From Patescibacteria group bacterium (GTDB lineage Bacteria > Patescibacteriota > Minisyncoccia > Phycocordibacterales > PALSA-1337): DNA of 64,000 nucleotides. The notes beneath the pieces were generated by a model. It ran no database searches, was not told where the DNA came from, and worked only from the letters and a program-made list of their open reading frames with translations. This document shows, one piece after another, positions 10,660 to 20,570 of the stretch (position 1 is its first letter; each line of letters opens with the position of its first letter). The stretch lies in the NCBI GenBank assembly GCA_018971685.1, contig JAGXAG010000006.1, forward strand, positions 62 to 64,061, given 5' to 3'. The position numbers and the translations under genes were made by a program.

Positions 10660-11424
10660 ATGACTAGCACAACAGAAGCTTCGGTGATGGCCGGAGCGGT
10701 TGCCGGAGCGCGAGACCATGCCGATACCTCGATCTGCAAAATAGCCAAGAGAGAACGGGCGATCAACGCCTTCGCGCGCGTTACCCAATTCCTGGACTGG
10801 CCGATCGCCTTTTTGGTTTTCGGCGCTTTCTTCAGGGTGCGGATCGCCGGCCGCGAAAACTTCAAGGCCGTGAAGAGCCCGTTCCTCATCGTATCCAATC
10901 ACATCGCGTTCTATGACAGCTTTTTATTTCGTCTGGCGCTCGGCTTGTTCACGCCGCATCTGCCGCTCCGGTTCATGGCTGTGGACAAGTTCGAATGGAA
11001 ATTCTTGAATTTTCTGGCGTCGATCGGCGTGATCGAGTTTGTTTATTCGCTATTCGGCGTGTTTATCGTAGTACCCGGCCTCGGCATCGAGCGCAATCTG
11101 GAAAAAGCCAAGGAAATCATCAAAGTCGGCGGCAATGTGGCCATATATCCCGAAGGCAAAATCTTCACTCGAGGCGGCATTGGCCAGTTCAAGAAGGGTG
11201 CCGCGGTCCTGGCCAAGCATACCGGCGTGCCGGTAGTGCCGGTGGCTTTCCGGCTCGGCCCGAAGCATTGGCTGCGCCGGGAATTATCGATCAATATAGG
11301 TGCGCCGGTGCGCATGTCGCCGCGGGACTCGGACGAATCCGCGGCGGGGTCGCTCAGGGACGCGGTGACGAAGCTGTACGAGTCGGCTATTCACAGTCCG
11401 TCTGCCCGCGCTGTGGTACAATAG
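10660..11424 (+). CDS. Lysophospholipid (1-acyl-glycerol-3-phosphate) acyltransferase family protein
   Basis: NHIAFYD (HX4D), YPEG, FKKGA, VPVVPV. Confidence 0.9.
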   Translation: MTSTTEASVMAGAVAGARDHADTSICKIAKRERAINAFARVTQFLDWPIAFLVFGAFFRVRIAGRENFKAVKSPFLIVSNHIAFYDSFLFRLALGLFTPHLPLRFMAVDKFEWKFLNFLASIGVIEFVYSLFGVFIVVPGLGIERNLEKAKEIIKVGGNVAIYPEGKIFTRGGIGQFKKGAAVLAKHTGVPVVPVAFRLGPKHWLRRELSINIGAPVRMSPRDSDESAAGSLRDAVTKLYESAIHSPSARAVVQ

Positions 11425-11428
11425 ATCC

Positions 11429-11809
11429 ATGAAAAAGATCATGTTTGTGGATGACGACAAGTTTTTGATGGACATGTATTCCACGAAATTTTCCAAAGCC
11501 GGATACGAAGTCAAAGCGGCCGATTCCACCGAAACGGCGCTCAAGATATTGCGAGACAGCTATGTTCCAGACATAATGCTCGTCGATGTCGTCATGCCCG
11601 GCATGGACGGGCTTGACCTGGTCGCGGCGGTACGGCGCGAGAAGCTGGCGCCGGGCGCGATCATCATCATGCTTTCCAACCAGGGCGCTTCCGAAGATAT
11701 CGAACGGGCCAAGAAGTTGGGCGTAGAAAGTTATATAGTAAAGGCGACAACCATACCGTCGGATGTGCTGAAGGAAGTGGAGGAAATCTTGGCAAATAAA
11801 AAACCGTAA
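11429..11809 (+). CDS. Single-domain response regulator (CheY-like)
   Basis: VDDD, DVVMPGMDG, LSN, YIVK. Confidence 0.93.
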   Translation: MKKIMFVDDDKFLMDMYSTKFSKAGYEVKAADSTETALKILRDSYVPDIMLVDVVMPGMDGLDLVAAVRREKLAPGAIIIMLSNQGASEDIERAKKLGVESYIVKATTIPSDVLKEVEEILANKKP

Positions 11810-11838
11810 TCATTATTTATTATCTGATCTCCGTTTTC

Positions 11839-12918
11839 ATGGGGATGACAAACACAACAATGGACTACAAAAAAGAACTAGACGATCTGGTGAACCTGAT
11901 AATAAAGGAGGGCGCTTCCGACCTGCATTTGTCGCCCGGCCGGCCGCCGATCATCCGTTCTGCCGGCAACTTGATACCGCTTGTCCGCAAAGCCGTCCTT
12001 TCCGAAGCGGACATGAAGGGGTTCCTGGGCGTGCTGTTGACGGCGCCCAACAAGGAACTCCTTGAAAAAGACAAGAATGTCGATTTTTCCTACAACTTGA
12101 CGCACGCGCGCTTCCGCGGCAACGCCTATTTCCGCCAGGGCGCGGCGGCTGTGGCGCTCCGCCTCATACCCAAAGCCATTCGCACACTTTCCGAACTCAA
12201 TCTGCCGCCGATATTGGAATCGTTTACCCGCAAGCCCCAAGGATTTTTCCTCGTTGTCGGCCCTATCGGCCAGGGCAAGACCACCACGCTTTCGACCTTG
12301 ATCGAAATCATCAACCAAACCAGGAATGAGCATATCCTCACCATCGAAGATCCGATCGAATACCAATTCGATTCCAAAAAGTCCATTATAGACCAGAGAG
12401 AAGTGCGTTTGGACACGCCGGACTTCAGGGACGCTCTGACCGCGATGTTCCGCGAAGATGTCGATGTCTGCATGGTCGGCGAAATGCGCGACACAGACAC
12501 CATGGCCACCGCCGTAACCGCCGCCGAGACCGGCCACCTCATATTCTCAACCCTGCATACCAATAACGCCGCCCAGACCGTCAACCGCATCATCGATTCC
12601 TTCGCGTCGTCACAGCAAGACCAGATACGCATCCAGCTGGCCGGCTCGCTTACGGGCATATTCTCGCAAAGGCTCATACCCAGGATCTCCGGCGGCCTTA
12701 TTCCGGCCTATGAGCTTCTGATCAACAACAGCGCCGTGTCCAATCTGATCCGCGAAAAGCGCGTCCACGAAATACAGACAGTCGTCGAAACCAGTTCGCA
12801 GGAAGGCATGGTGGACATGAACAGGTCGCTGGCCGAGCTTGTGCGCGCCGGAGAGATCACCGTGGAAAGCGCGTACCTGAATTCACTTAGCCCGAAAGCG
12901 TTGGAGAGGATGATTTAA
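11839..12918 (+). CDS. pilT: Type IV pilus retraction ATPase
   Basis: ASDLHL, GPIGQGKTTT, TIEDPIEY, GEMRD, AAETGHL..STLH. Confidence 0.93.
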   Translation: MGMTNTTMDYKKELDDLVNLIIKEGASDLHLSPGRPPIIRSAGNLIPLVRKAVLSEADMKGFLGVLLTAPNKELLEKDKNVDFSYNLTHARFRGNAYFRQGAAAVALRLIPKAIRTLSELNLPPILESFTRKPQGFFLVVGPIGQGKTTTLSTLIEIINQTRNEHILTIEDPIEYQFDSKKSIIDQREVRLDTPDFRDALTAMFREDVDVCMVGEMRDTDTMATAVTAAETGHLIFSTLHTNNAAQTVNRIIDSFASSQQDQIRIQLAGSLTGIFSQRLIPRISGGLIPAYELLINNSAVSNLIREKRVHEIQTVVETSSQEGMVDMNRSLAELVRAGEITVESAYLNSLSPKALERMI

Positions 12919-12922
12919 AGCC

Positions 12923-14134
12923 ATGTTATTCGATTATTCAGCCGTAGACCAATCAGGAGCCAAGAAGTATGGCTCGATCGACGCCGTCAATGTCGACATA
13001 GCCATCTCGTCGTTGCAGAGAAGAGGCATGGTTGTGACAGAAATAAAAGAAGCCGGGGCGTCATCGTCGTTTTTGTCAAAAAATGTCGCCATTTTCGACC
13101 GTGTTTCGACCAAGGATATTGTCATATTGTCGCGCCAACTCTCGACTCTATTCGAAGCGCAAGTGTCGGCTCTGCGCATATTCCGCCTGCTGGCGGCCGA
13201 AACGGAAAACGCCGTTCTGGCGCGCAAACTGACGGAAGTTGCCGACGATATCCAAAGCGGCAGTCCTATTTCGGGCGCGCTCGCCAAGCACAAGAAGATC
13301 TTTTCCGACTTTTATGTGAGCATGGTAAAGGCCGGCGAAGAATCGGGCAAACTGAATGAAACCTTCTTATATCTGGCTGATTACCTGGACCGCAGTTACG
13401 ACCTGTCTTCCAGGGTAAAAGGCGCGCTTATATATCCGGCTTTCGTGATCGTCACTTTCGTTACGGTCATGATCCTCATGTTTACCATGGTTATACCGAA
13501 GATCAGCTCGATCCTGACGGATTCCGGCGCGGACATACCGATATACACCAAGGTGATCATGGGTATCAGCAACTTTCTGGTCAGTTACGGTTTTGTCCTG
13601 CTGGCCTTGCTCGTAGTCGGCGGTTTCTTCCTGGTGAGATTTATCCGCACGCCGGCCGGCCGTTTTGCCTATGACCGCTTCAAACTGAGCGTGCCTTATG
13701 TGAGCGGCTTGTTCCGCAAGCTGTACTTGGCGCGTATGGCGGATAATATGGCGACGATGCTTGCTTCCGGCATTACGATGGTCCGGGCTCTGGAATTGAC
13801 CTCGAATGTTATCAGCAACAGCGTCTATAAAACCATTCTCTCCGACGCTGTGGAATCGGTCAAAGGCGGCAAGACGCTCTCCGACTCTCTGTCCGTCGAT
13901 CCGCAAGCCATTCCGGGCATCATGACGCAGATGATGAAAGTGGGCGAAGAGTCCGGCGAATTGGGCAATATCTTGAAGACGGTGGCGAAGTTTTATAGCA
14001 GGGAAGTGACGACGGCGGTTGACTCGCTGGTTTCGCTCATCGAACCGGCGCTTATTGTATTTTTGGGCGGCGGCGTGGCGATCTTGCTGGCTTCCGTGCT
14101 GATCCCGATATATAACATCGCGAGCGCGCAGTAG
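12923..14134 (+). CDS. pilC: Type IV pilus platform protein (T2SS F family)
   Basis: Two GEESG.L repeats, ALIYP, LIEP. Confidence 0.93.
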   Translation: MLFDYSAVDQSGAKKYGSIDAVNVDIAISSLQRRGMVVTEIKEAGASSSFLSKNVAIFDRVSTKDIVILSRQLSTLFEAQVSALRIFRLLAAETENAVLARKLTEVADDIQSGSPISGALAKHKKIFSDFYVSMVKAGEESGKLNETFLYLADYLDRSYDLSSRVKGALIYPAFVIVTFVTVMILMFTMVIPKISSILTDSGADIPIYTKVIMGISNFLVSYGFVLLALLVVGGFFLVRFIRTPAGRFAYDRFKLSVPYVSGLFRKLYLARMADNMATMLASGITMVRALELTSNVISNSVYKTILSDAVESVKGGKTLSDSLSVDPQAIPGIMTQMMKVGEESGELGNILKTVAKFYSREVTTAVDSLVSLIEPALIVFLGGGVAILLASVLIPIYNIASAQ

Positions 14135-14153
14135 TGCAAGTTTTGCCGGATCC

Positions 14154-14190
14154 GCATACAAAAACCGTCTCCAGGCGGTTTTTTGTGTGC
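14154..14190 (+). terminator. Intrinsic (bidirectional) terminator after pilC
   Basis: GCATACAAAAACCGTC-TCCA-GGCGGTTTTTTGTGTGC. Confidence 0.75.
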
Positions 14191-14316
14191 TTCCAGTTAT
14201 CCCCATAGTTATTTGCGCCACTTTTCGCCGTTTTTGCTATAATTAAGCACGAACAACCTTGGTTAAAGGTCTGTATCAATTATTAGCAAGTTTATTAATA
14301 ACATCATATTTACAAT

Positions 14317-14799
14317 ATGAAAAAACTACAAAGTTACGCGCGCGGCTTCACCTTGATCGAATTGCTCGTCGTCATCGCCATCATTGGTATCTTGGCGTCC
14401 GTCGTGTTGGTGAGCTTGGGGAGTGCGAGACAGAAGGGTGCGGATGCTAAAATTCAGGAAGAATTGGGTCAAGCTAGATCGGCTGCAGAGATATTTAGTT
14501 CAAATAACGGTAATTCTTATGGTACCGCGCCTACATCCGGAATCTGTACTACTGGAAGTATGTTTACGGATGGTGTTTCAGGTATGCGCCAAGCGTTGTC
14601 TGCTATATCTACAGCTACAGACTGTGGTTCAAACGGTACAGCCTATTCGATAGCTGCTGCCTTAAATACGAGCGGTCAATATTGGTGTATAGACTCAACG
14701 GGTGTATCTAGAAATACCACTGCAGCTGGTTCGTTATATGCAGGCTTAACAGGGGCTTCTGGCGCTCATGCTGCAGCAGGTGCGACAGTATGCAATTAG
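14317..14799 (+). CDS. Type IV pilin (probable major pilin)
   Basis: RGFTLIELLVVIAIIGILA. It has its own TGnTATAAT promoter (about 14235-14243) and its own terminator. Confidence 0.93.
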   Translation: MKKLQSYARGFTLIELLVVIAIIGILASVVLVSLGSARQKGADAKIQEELGQARSAAEIFSSNNGNSYGTAPTSGICTTGSMFTDGVSGMRQALSAISTATDCGSNGTAYSIAAALNTSGQYWCIDSTGVSRNTTAAGSLYAGLTGASGAHAAAGATVCN

Positions 14800-14823
14800 T
14801 TTGATTTAGTCTGGTTTTACTTT

Positions 14824-14851
14824 AGCCACCCGCTTGAAGCGGGTGGTTTTT
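14824..14851 (+). terminator. Intrinsic terminator after pilin
   Basis: AGCCACCCGC-TTGAA-GCGGGTGGTTTTT. Confidence 0.8.
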
Positions 14852-14891
14852 ATTCTTGCGTCAAGAAGCCGTAATTGATAATATTATACAA

Positions 14892-16088
14892 ATGAAATTA
14901 AGAAAGATTTCCACGGCTAGATATTTACCTATTGAATTCTATGTTTTATTGTTGCCTTCAATTGTTATATTTATAACACTCCTCATCATCAATGCTCCAT
15001 TTGTATCTATAATAGAACATTTTTTCATGGCGCAATCGATTAACGCCATAATATACGGTGATAAGATTCTCTTATCTGTTTTTTTTGTCATGGCGGTGTA
15101 TATTACCATGAAGGTCGTGGTGAGTGCATGGCGAGCTATGTATATATTGGCAAAAAATGGTAGCAGGAGTTGGGCTAAAGAAAGCGTGATAAAAGGTACA
15201 ATATCTGTAAGCAGAAGCGCAGTTTTTGTTTTTCTTACATACAGTCTGACCAGTGTTGTTTTAGTAGCTTTACTACTTCAAATTTTTGGTGCAGTAAGTT
15301 TTGTCAATGTCGTCAAATCAACTATTACTCTAACTAATATCGATAGTTTAATATTTGGTGGTTATTTACCGTCCGTTATACACTCTCTAAGCCGTATACC
15401 ATATCTCGAACAAGCAATAGTTCGATCATATTTGTCTTTAGTTATAATAACGCCGGTAATTTTGGCGTTATTATTCTTGTTCAACAGAAGACTGTTCCGT
15501 AAATTTACGATTAGTTTTTTTTTGGTCTTCTTGATAGCTTTGCCGTTTTGGCAGCTAATTCCGGCTGTGTCCCCCAGCGCCATGTATAGATTCAATCTTT
15601 TCCAGGTACCTATACCCCCGAACATTGAGTCGAGCATGGTCAAATATCCTATAAGTCCGTATTTGAAAAATAATATAATCTCCATTGAGGATGACTTCAT
15701 AAATCCGTCTTATAGATCTATCGCCGTAAGCACTTTTCCTAGTATGCATGCTGCTTGGGCTATGATTGTTGCATATTATGGTACGATTTTGTTCTGGCCT
15801 TTGGGTGTATTGTTAGTGCCATGGGCGATTTTCAATTCATTTGGGGCAATATATGTGGAGCAGCATTACGGTGTTGATGTGATATTTGGCGTACTTGTAG
15901 CAGTAACCGCTATAATTTCTGTCAGTTATTTATTAAAAGTAGAAGAAAAATACTTCAATGATAAGTATAATTTATTTGCCGTTATAGATATGGCAAATAC
16001 TGATATGCGGAACTTGTTGAGAAAAGCAAACAATTTACATGCAAGATTGCATATGTGGATAAGGCAATCTGTAAATAATTCCAAATAA
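14892..16088 (+). CDS. PAP2 superfamily membrane protein (AUR1/IPC-synthase-like)
   Basis: Multi-TM, PAVSP, FPSMH, QHYGVD. Confidence 0.8.
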   Translation: MKLRKISTARYLPIEFYVLLLPSIVIFITLLIINAPFVSIIEHFFMAQSINAIIYGDKILLSVFFVMAVYITMKVVVSAWRAMYILAKNGSRSWAKESVIKGTISVSRSAVFVFLTYSLTSVVLVALLLQIFGAVSFVNVVKSTITLTNIDSLIFGGYLPSVIHSLSRIPYLEQAIVRSYLSLVIITPVILALLFLFNRRLFRKFTISFFLVFLIALPFWQLIPAVSPSAMYRFNLFQVPIPPNIESSMVKYPISPYLKNNIISIEDDFINPSYRSIAVSTFPSMHAAWAMIVAYYGTILFWPLGVLLVPWAIFNSFGAIYVEQHYGVDVIFGVLVAVTAIISVSYLLKVEEKYFNDKYNLFAVIDMANTDMRNLLRKANNLHARLHMWIRQSVNNSK

Positions 16089-16095
16089 GGTTATA

Positions 16096-16707
16096 ATGGT
16101 TAAGATGAACAGCATAAAATTCAAGGCAAATGATCGCGGCTTCACTCTCATCGAACTCCTGGTGGTTATCGCCATCATAGGCATACTGGCTTCTGTAGTC
16201 CTCATAAGCCTAAGCACCGCCCGATCAAAGGCCATGGATGTCCGGATAAAATCAAACTTGTCGCAAATGAGAAACCAGCTGGAACAAGATTACGCGAACG
16301 GGGCTTATGTGGATCTTTCGGCCGGGCAGAACAACACGGCCAATATAAATCCGACTATGCCAGGTGGCGCCAACCTGCTTGTGCTCGTCAACGATACCGG
16401 CAATCTGAACGGCCACGCGCAATTGACCAACTTGGCTTCCGGCGGCAATGTAGACTTGTTTGCCACCACCAGCGGTTCTACCGTCGGCCCCAATGCCGGC
16501 GATCCGTCATATTTGGATTCCGGCCTGGTTATATTTACATCCGCCGCCTCCGGCAATTCCGTTCAAGATTATGCCGTTTATGCCACCACTACGGCCGGCT
16601 ATGATTGCGTCGATTCTGCCGGGAATAATGTGACGGATGGTACCGCCGTAACTATGCCGATAACTTCCGTCCCTCTGGACACCAACAATAAAGTTGTTTG
16701 CAAGTGA
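16096..16707 (+). CDS. Type IV pilin
   Basis: RGFTLIELLVVIAIIGILA. Confidence 0.92.
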   Translation: MVKMNSIKFKANDRGFTLIELLVVIAIIGILASVVLISLSTARSKAMDVRIKSNLSQMRNQLEQDYANGAYVDLSAGQNNTANINPTMPGGANLLVLVNDTGNLNGHAQLTNLASGGNVDLFATTSGSTVGPNAGDPSYLDSGLVIFTSAASGNSVQDYAVYATTTAGYDCVDSAGNNVTDGTAVTMPITSVPLDTNNKVVCK

Positions 16708-16810
16708 TTTTCGGGGCTTCGAGCCGCGATACCGTGCCGGTTTTGCCGATCCTGCGCGGTTAGTTATGCCTGTGGACAATCCCCATCGACACTTGTGATA
16801 CAATAACACC

Positions 16811-17338
16811 ATGAAAAAGCATCAATTCTCCCGGGCGTTTACTCTTATCGAACTTCTGGTTGTCATCGCAATCATAGGCATTTTGACTGCCATAGTTATC
16901 ACCAACCTCGCCACTTCCCGAGCCAAAGCGCGCGATGCCAAAAGGGTTTCCGACTTAGGACAGATCCAGTTAGCCCTGGAATTGTATTTCGACCGGTGCA
17001 AGCAGTATCCGGCCTTTATAGCGGGAACTCCCGGTTCCGGCACGGGATCTGTAACTCTAAACACCAGTTTCAATAATAATTGCCCTTCCGGCGTAAGCCT
17101 GGGAACATATATTTCGCAAATTCCAAAAGATTCTTCCGGTGCCAATTATGACTATTATGTAGATAATATGTCCGGGCCGTCTGATTACATTTTGCACGCC
17201 ACGCTTGAATATCCCAATAGCGCGGTCCAAAACGGCCTGGACTCTTCTAATTTACCATCGTGGGCAAGCGGCATGACCCCTCCACCCACATGCAGTAATG
17301 CAAGCAATTCGACAAATTATTGCCTCGGACCCAAGTGA
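16811..17338 (+). CDS. Type IV pilin (GspG-like)
   Basis: RAFTLIELLVV, ARDAKRVSDL..IQLALELY. Confidence 0.92.
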   Translation: MKKHQFSRAFTLIELLVVIAIIGILTAIVITNLATSRAKARDAKRVSDLGQIQLALELYFDRCKQYPAFIAGTPGSGTGSVTLNTSFNNNCPSGVSLGTYISQIPKDSSGANYDYYVDNMSGPSDYILHATLEYPNSAVQNGLDSSNLPSWASGMTPPPTCSNASNSTNYCLGPK

Positions 17339-18135
17339 TGGACACGCTTTCATCAATATTTTCATTCCTGTTCGGCGCCATCGTTGGCAGCTTTTTGAAT
17401 GTCGTTTCTTTGCGGTACAAAACTGGCAGGAGCGTAGGCGGCCGGTCAAAGTGTATGGCGTGCGGCAAGGAATTGGCGTGGCTGGAATTGATCCCGATAT
17501 TGAGCTTTTTCATGCAGGGCGGATCTTGCCGGAAATGCAAGAGCAAGATCTCATGGCAATATCCGCTGGTGGAATTCTCGGCCGGCGCTTTATTCGTGCT
17601 TATTTTCTTCAAATTTCCGCCGGTTTCATATGAAGCCGCGCTGGTTACGCTCTTATATGTTTTTGCCGCCTGTTTGCTCGTCGTGATCACTGTCCATGAT
17701 ATCAAGCACAAGATCATTCCGGATCCGTTCGTCTGGTCTTTCGATGTGCTGGCGCTCGTAAGCTTGTTCGTCGGCGGCAACTCGTGGTGGCATATTCCAA
17801 GTTACGAGAATTTGATCGCCGGCCCTTTATTGGCCGTGCCGTTCGCTTTGATCTGGCTTGTATCCCGCGGCAGATGGATGGGCTTGGGCGACGCCAAGCT
17901 GGTCCTGGGCATCGGCTGGTTTTTGGGGGTAAATCTCGGCGTGAACGCGCTGATTTTATCTTTCTGGATCGGCGCGGCGGTATCGGTCGGCTGGCTGTTC
18001 GCGACTTACAAGAAGTTCAAGCGCAACCAGGAAATACCTTTCGGCCCGTATTTGATCCTGGGCATGTATTTGGTCTTGATCTTCGGCATTCAGGTGATCG
18101 ATATGGGCATGGTCCGGCAGGTAATGGGCGTTTGA
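17338..18135 (+). CDS. pilD: Prepilin peptidase
   Basis: GSFLNV, CMAC/CRKC, ELIPILS, GLGDAKL, IPFGPYL. ATG overlaps the upstream TGA. Confidence 0.93.
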   Translation: MDTLSSIFSFLFGAIVGSFLNVVSLRYKTGRSVGGRSKCMACGKELAWLELIPILSFFMQGGSCRKCKSKISWQYPLVEFSAGALFVLIFFKFPPVSYEAALVTLLYVFAACLLVVITVHDIKHKIIPDPFVWSFDVLALVSLFVGGNSWWHIPSYENLIAGPLLAVPFALIWLVSRGRWMGLGDAKLVLGIGWFLGVNLGVNALILSFWIGAAVSVGWLFATYKKFKRNQEIPFGPYLILGMYLVLIFGIQVIDMGMVRQVMGV

Positions 18136-18166
18136 ATATGGATAGGCCTGCAGTATAATAATTACT

Positions 18167-18781
18167 ATGTCACACCGAAATTCTCCCAAAGGATTCACCC
18201 TCGTCGAACTTTTGGTGACGGTCTCGATCTTCGTCTTCATGACAGCTCTTATGCTGGCCAAATACGGCAATTTCAACCAGAGCGTGCTCCTCACTAACCT
18301 TGCCTATGATGTGGCGTTGACCATCCGCACCGCGCAGACTTACGGCATCAGCGTACGCGGCACAGATGTGAACGGTACACAGAATTTTTCCACGGCTTAC
18401 GGAGTAGATTTTAACGACGCCGCTACCCCCGCCTGCGACAGCTATTCGACCAAGTACGCATTTGCCATGTTCGCGGATTCTACGCTGAACGGCTGGTGTG
18501 ACACGGGAGAAGCCATGTCTGACCATATATACCATATAACACGCGGCGATTTTATATCGGCTCTTTGCACCGGTTCTGATGAAAACAATTGTTCTACGGT
18601 GGTCAATGAGTTAGGCATATCATTTTTGCGTCCCAATCCCGAAGCTAAGATTTGCTCTGGTGCCGGTTCCGGCCCTGTCGATTGCACCGCCACATATGCG
18701 AGAATTACCATAAGCGCTCCGGACAATAGCACGCGTACCGTGTCAGTGAGGAGCAACGGACAGATATCAGTGGGCAATTAA
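18167..18781 (+). CDS. Minor pilin (FimT/GspH-like)
   Basis: KGFTLVELLV. Confidence 0.88.
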   Translation: MSHRNSPKGFTLVELLVTVSIFVFMTALMLAKYGNFNQSVLLTNLAYDVALTIRTAQTYGISVRGTDVNGTQNFSTAYGVDFNDAATPACDSYSTKYAFAMFADSTLNGWCDTGEAMSDHIYHITRGDFISALCTGSDENNCSTVVNELGISFLRPNPEAKICSGAGSGPVDCTATYARITISAPDNSTRTVSVRSNGQISVGN

Positions 18782-18789
18782 AACACGCC

Positions 18790-19476
18790 ATGCGCACTTC
18801 CGGCAATAAAATCAGCGGATTTACTCTCATAGAGATGATCGTCGCTCTCGGCTTATTTTCGGTTGTGGCGGTGATCGCTCTCGGTTCTTTGGTCAAGATC
18901 ATTTCCGCCAATCAGAAAGCGCAGGCTTTACAGGCGACTTTCACCAATCTCAACTTTGCCCTGGAGTCGATGTCCAGAGAATTGCGCATGGGGACCGTCT
19001 ATCACTGCGATCTTACCCCAAATACCTACCAGGGTTCTACTCTTACCGCTTTAGGGTGCTCTATCAACGATACTGCCGTCAATCAGAACAATCAGTATCA
19101 GAATCCTATGTCGACGATCGCCTTCTTGTCGTCTAGGGTCGGCACAGACCCGACAACCGGCCTGCCATGCGGCCTGGCCACAGCTTACCGGTTCGAAAAT
19201 ATCAGCGGGTTCATCCATCTGCAAAAAGCCGAACAGACTGCCTGTGGCACACCCATCGGTGATGCTTACGGTTATGCTCATTTTTATGATATCGTCTCGC
19301 CGAACGATGTGTCGCTCACGGATTATCGCATGGGAGTTATTACTACAGATTCTGTGGGTAATCAGCTTATATATCCGCGAGTGTTCATCAGGCTCATCGG
19401 ATCGGCCGGAGCCAAAGCGAATATAAAAACCGACTTTGATATACAGACGACCATATCACAAAGAGTGCGAAATTGA
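18790..19476 (+). CDS. Minor pilin (PilW/GspJ-like)
   Basis: SGFTLIEMIV, MSRELR. Confidence 0.88.
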   Translation: MRTSGNKISGFTLIEMIVALGLFSVVAVIALGSLVKIISANQKAQALQATFTNLNFALESMSRELRMGTVYHCDLTPNTYQGSTLTALGCSINDTAVNQNNQYQNPMSTIAFLSSRVGTDPTTGLPCGLATAYRFENISGFIHLQKAEQTACGTPIGDAYGYAHFYDIVSPNDVSLTDYRMGVITTDSVGNQLIYPRVFIRLIGSAGAKANIKTDFDIQTTISQRVRN

Positions 19477-19479
19477 CCA

Positions 19480-20055
19480 ATGAACCGCAAACCGAAAACA
19501 ACTTATTACGGATTTACTATCGTTGAAACGCTGGTGGCTATCGCTGTGCTCATGATCGCCGTGTCCGGGCCGCTGGTCGTAGCCAACAAAAGCCTGGCGG
19601 CGGCCATATATGCCAAGGACCAGACTACCGCGGCATATCTGGCGCAGGAAGGTATGGAACTTATCAGGAGCGCGAAAGACAACGATATCGCGGCCGGGAA
19701 TGATTGGAATAATACAATAAAGGGCAATAGTACTTGTAAACAGAACGGTTCCACCAATAATCCGACCGAATGTGCGATCGGTGTCGATAGTAGCGGCTAT
19801 ATACAAACCGGGGGTTGCGGTATATTTACGAACAACTGTGTGTTAAAAGTTGGCAAGATTGCATATTCATATTATGACACTCTAGGTAACAACGGCATCT
19901 TTAATACCGCACCTAACTCTATTTTCACCCGTTATTTTTACATAACGCCGATCAGCTCAAACGAAGAACAAGCGACAGTGATAGTCGATTGGAATGAAGG
20001 ATCAGTGCCGAATGAAGTAAAATTTACCACTGAGATTACCAATAGCACGCTATGA
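19480..20055 (+). CDS. Minor pilin (PilV/GspI-like)
   Basis: YGFTIVETLV, YLAQEGMELIR. Confidence 0.88.
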   Translation: MNRKPKTTYYGFTIVETLVAIAVLMIAVSGPLVVANKSLAAAIYAKDQTTAAYLAQEGMELIRSAKDNDIAAGNDWNNTIKGNSTCKQNGSTNNPTECAIGVDSSGYIQTGGCGIFTNNCVLKVGKIAYSYYDTLGNNGIFNTAPNSIFTRYFYITPISSNEEQATVIVDWNEGSVPNEVKFTTEITNSTL

Positions 20056-20540
20056 TCTCCATGAACAAAAAAAGGAAACAATCCGGCTACGCTCTCCTCT
20101 TTGCGGTGTTAACCGCCGTACTTGTCATGGGCGTGGCGGCATTCATCTTGGGCGTGGCTAAAAAGCAGTATGCCATTTCAGCCATTGCCCGCGACTCCAT
20201 GTATTCTTTCTACAACGCGGACAGCGCCATTAGCTGTATAGAGCAAAGTTGGAACCCATCCGCTAGTAATCCGAGTGTTACTTGCGACAACAAAATCATA
20301 TCTCCGACGCAATCGCAATCAACGAGCCCGTTATTTTCAGGCAACCCCACAAGATATCAAGGAGCCATAGATTTTGACACTGCAGGGTGCGCATTATTCA
20401 ATATATGGGTCGGTACCGATCCTGTAACTAACAATCCCAAGACCGTCATTGAAACACGCGGTTACAATGTGTGCGGCGGCAATCCTTTGGCGCCTACCGC
20501 GACCGCTGTTGAACGCGCCATCCGCCTGACACAACAGTGA
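20052..20540 (+). CDS. PilX-like minor pilin
   Basis: SGYALLFAVL lacks E5; SFYNADSA; C-terminal ERAI. Confidence 0.8.
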   Translation: MISMNKKRKQSGYALLFAVLTAVLVMGVAAFILGVAKKQYAISAIARDSMYSFYNADSAISCIEQSWNPSASNPSVTCDNKIISPTQSQSTSPLFSGNPTRYQGAIDFDTAGCALFNIWVGTDPVTNNPKTVIETRGYNVCGGNPLAPTATAVERAIRLTQQ

Positions 20541-20543
20541 CCG

Positions 20544-20570
20544 TTTTACACCGGTCCGACCGGTGTAAAA
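20544..20570. repeat. Perfect 27-bp palindrome directly before ligA
   Basis: TTTTACACCGGTC-C-GACCGGTGTAAAA. Confidence 0.8.
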
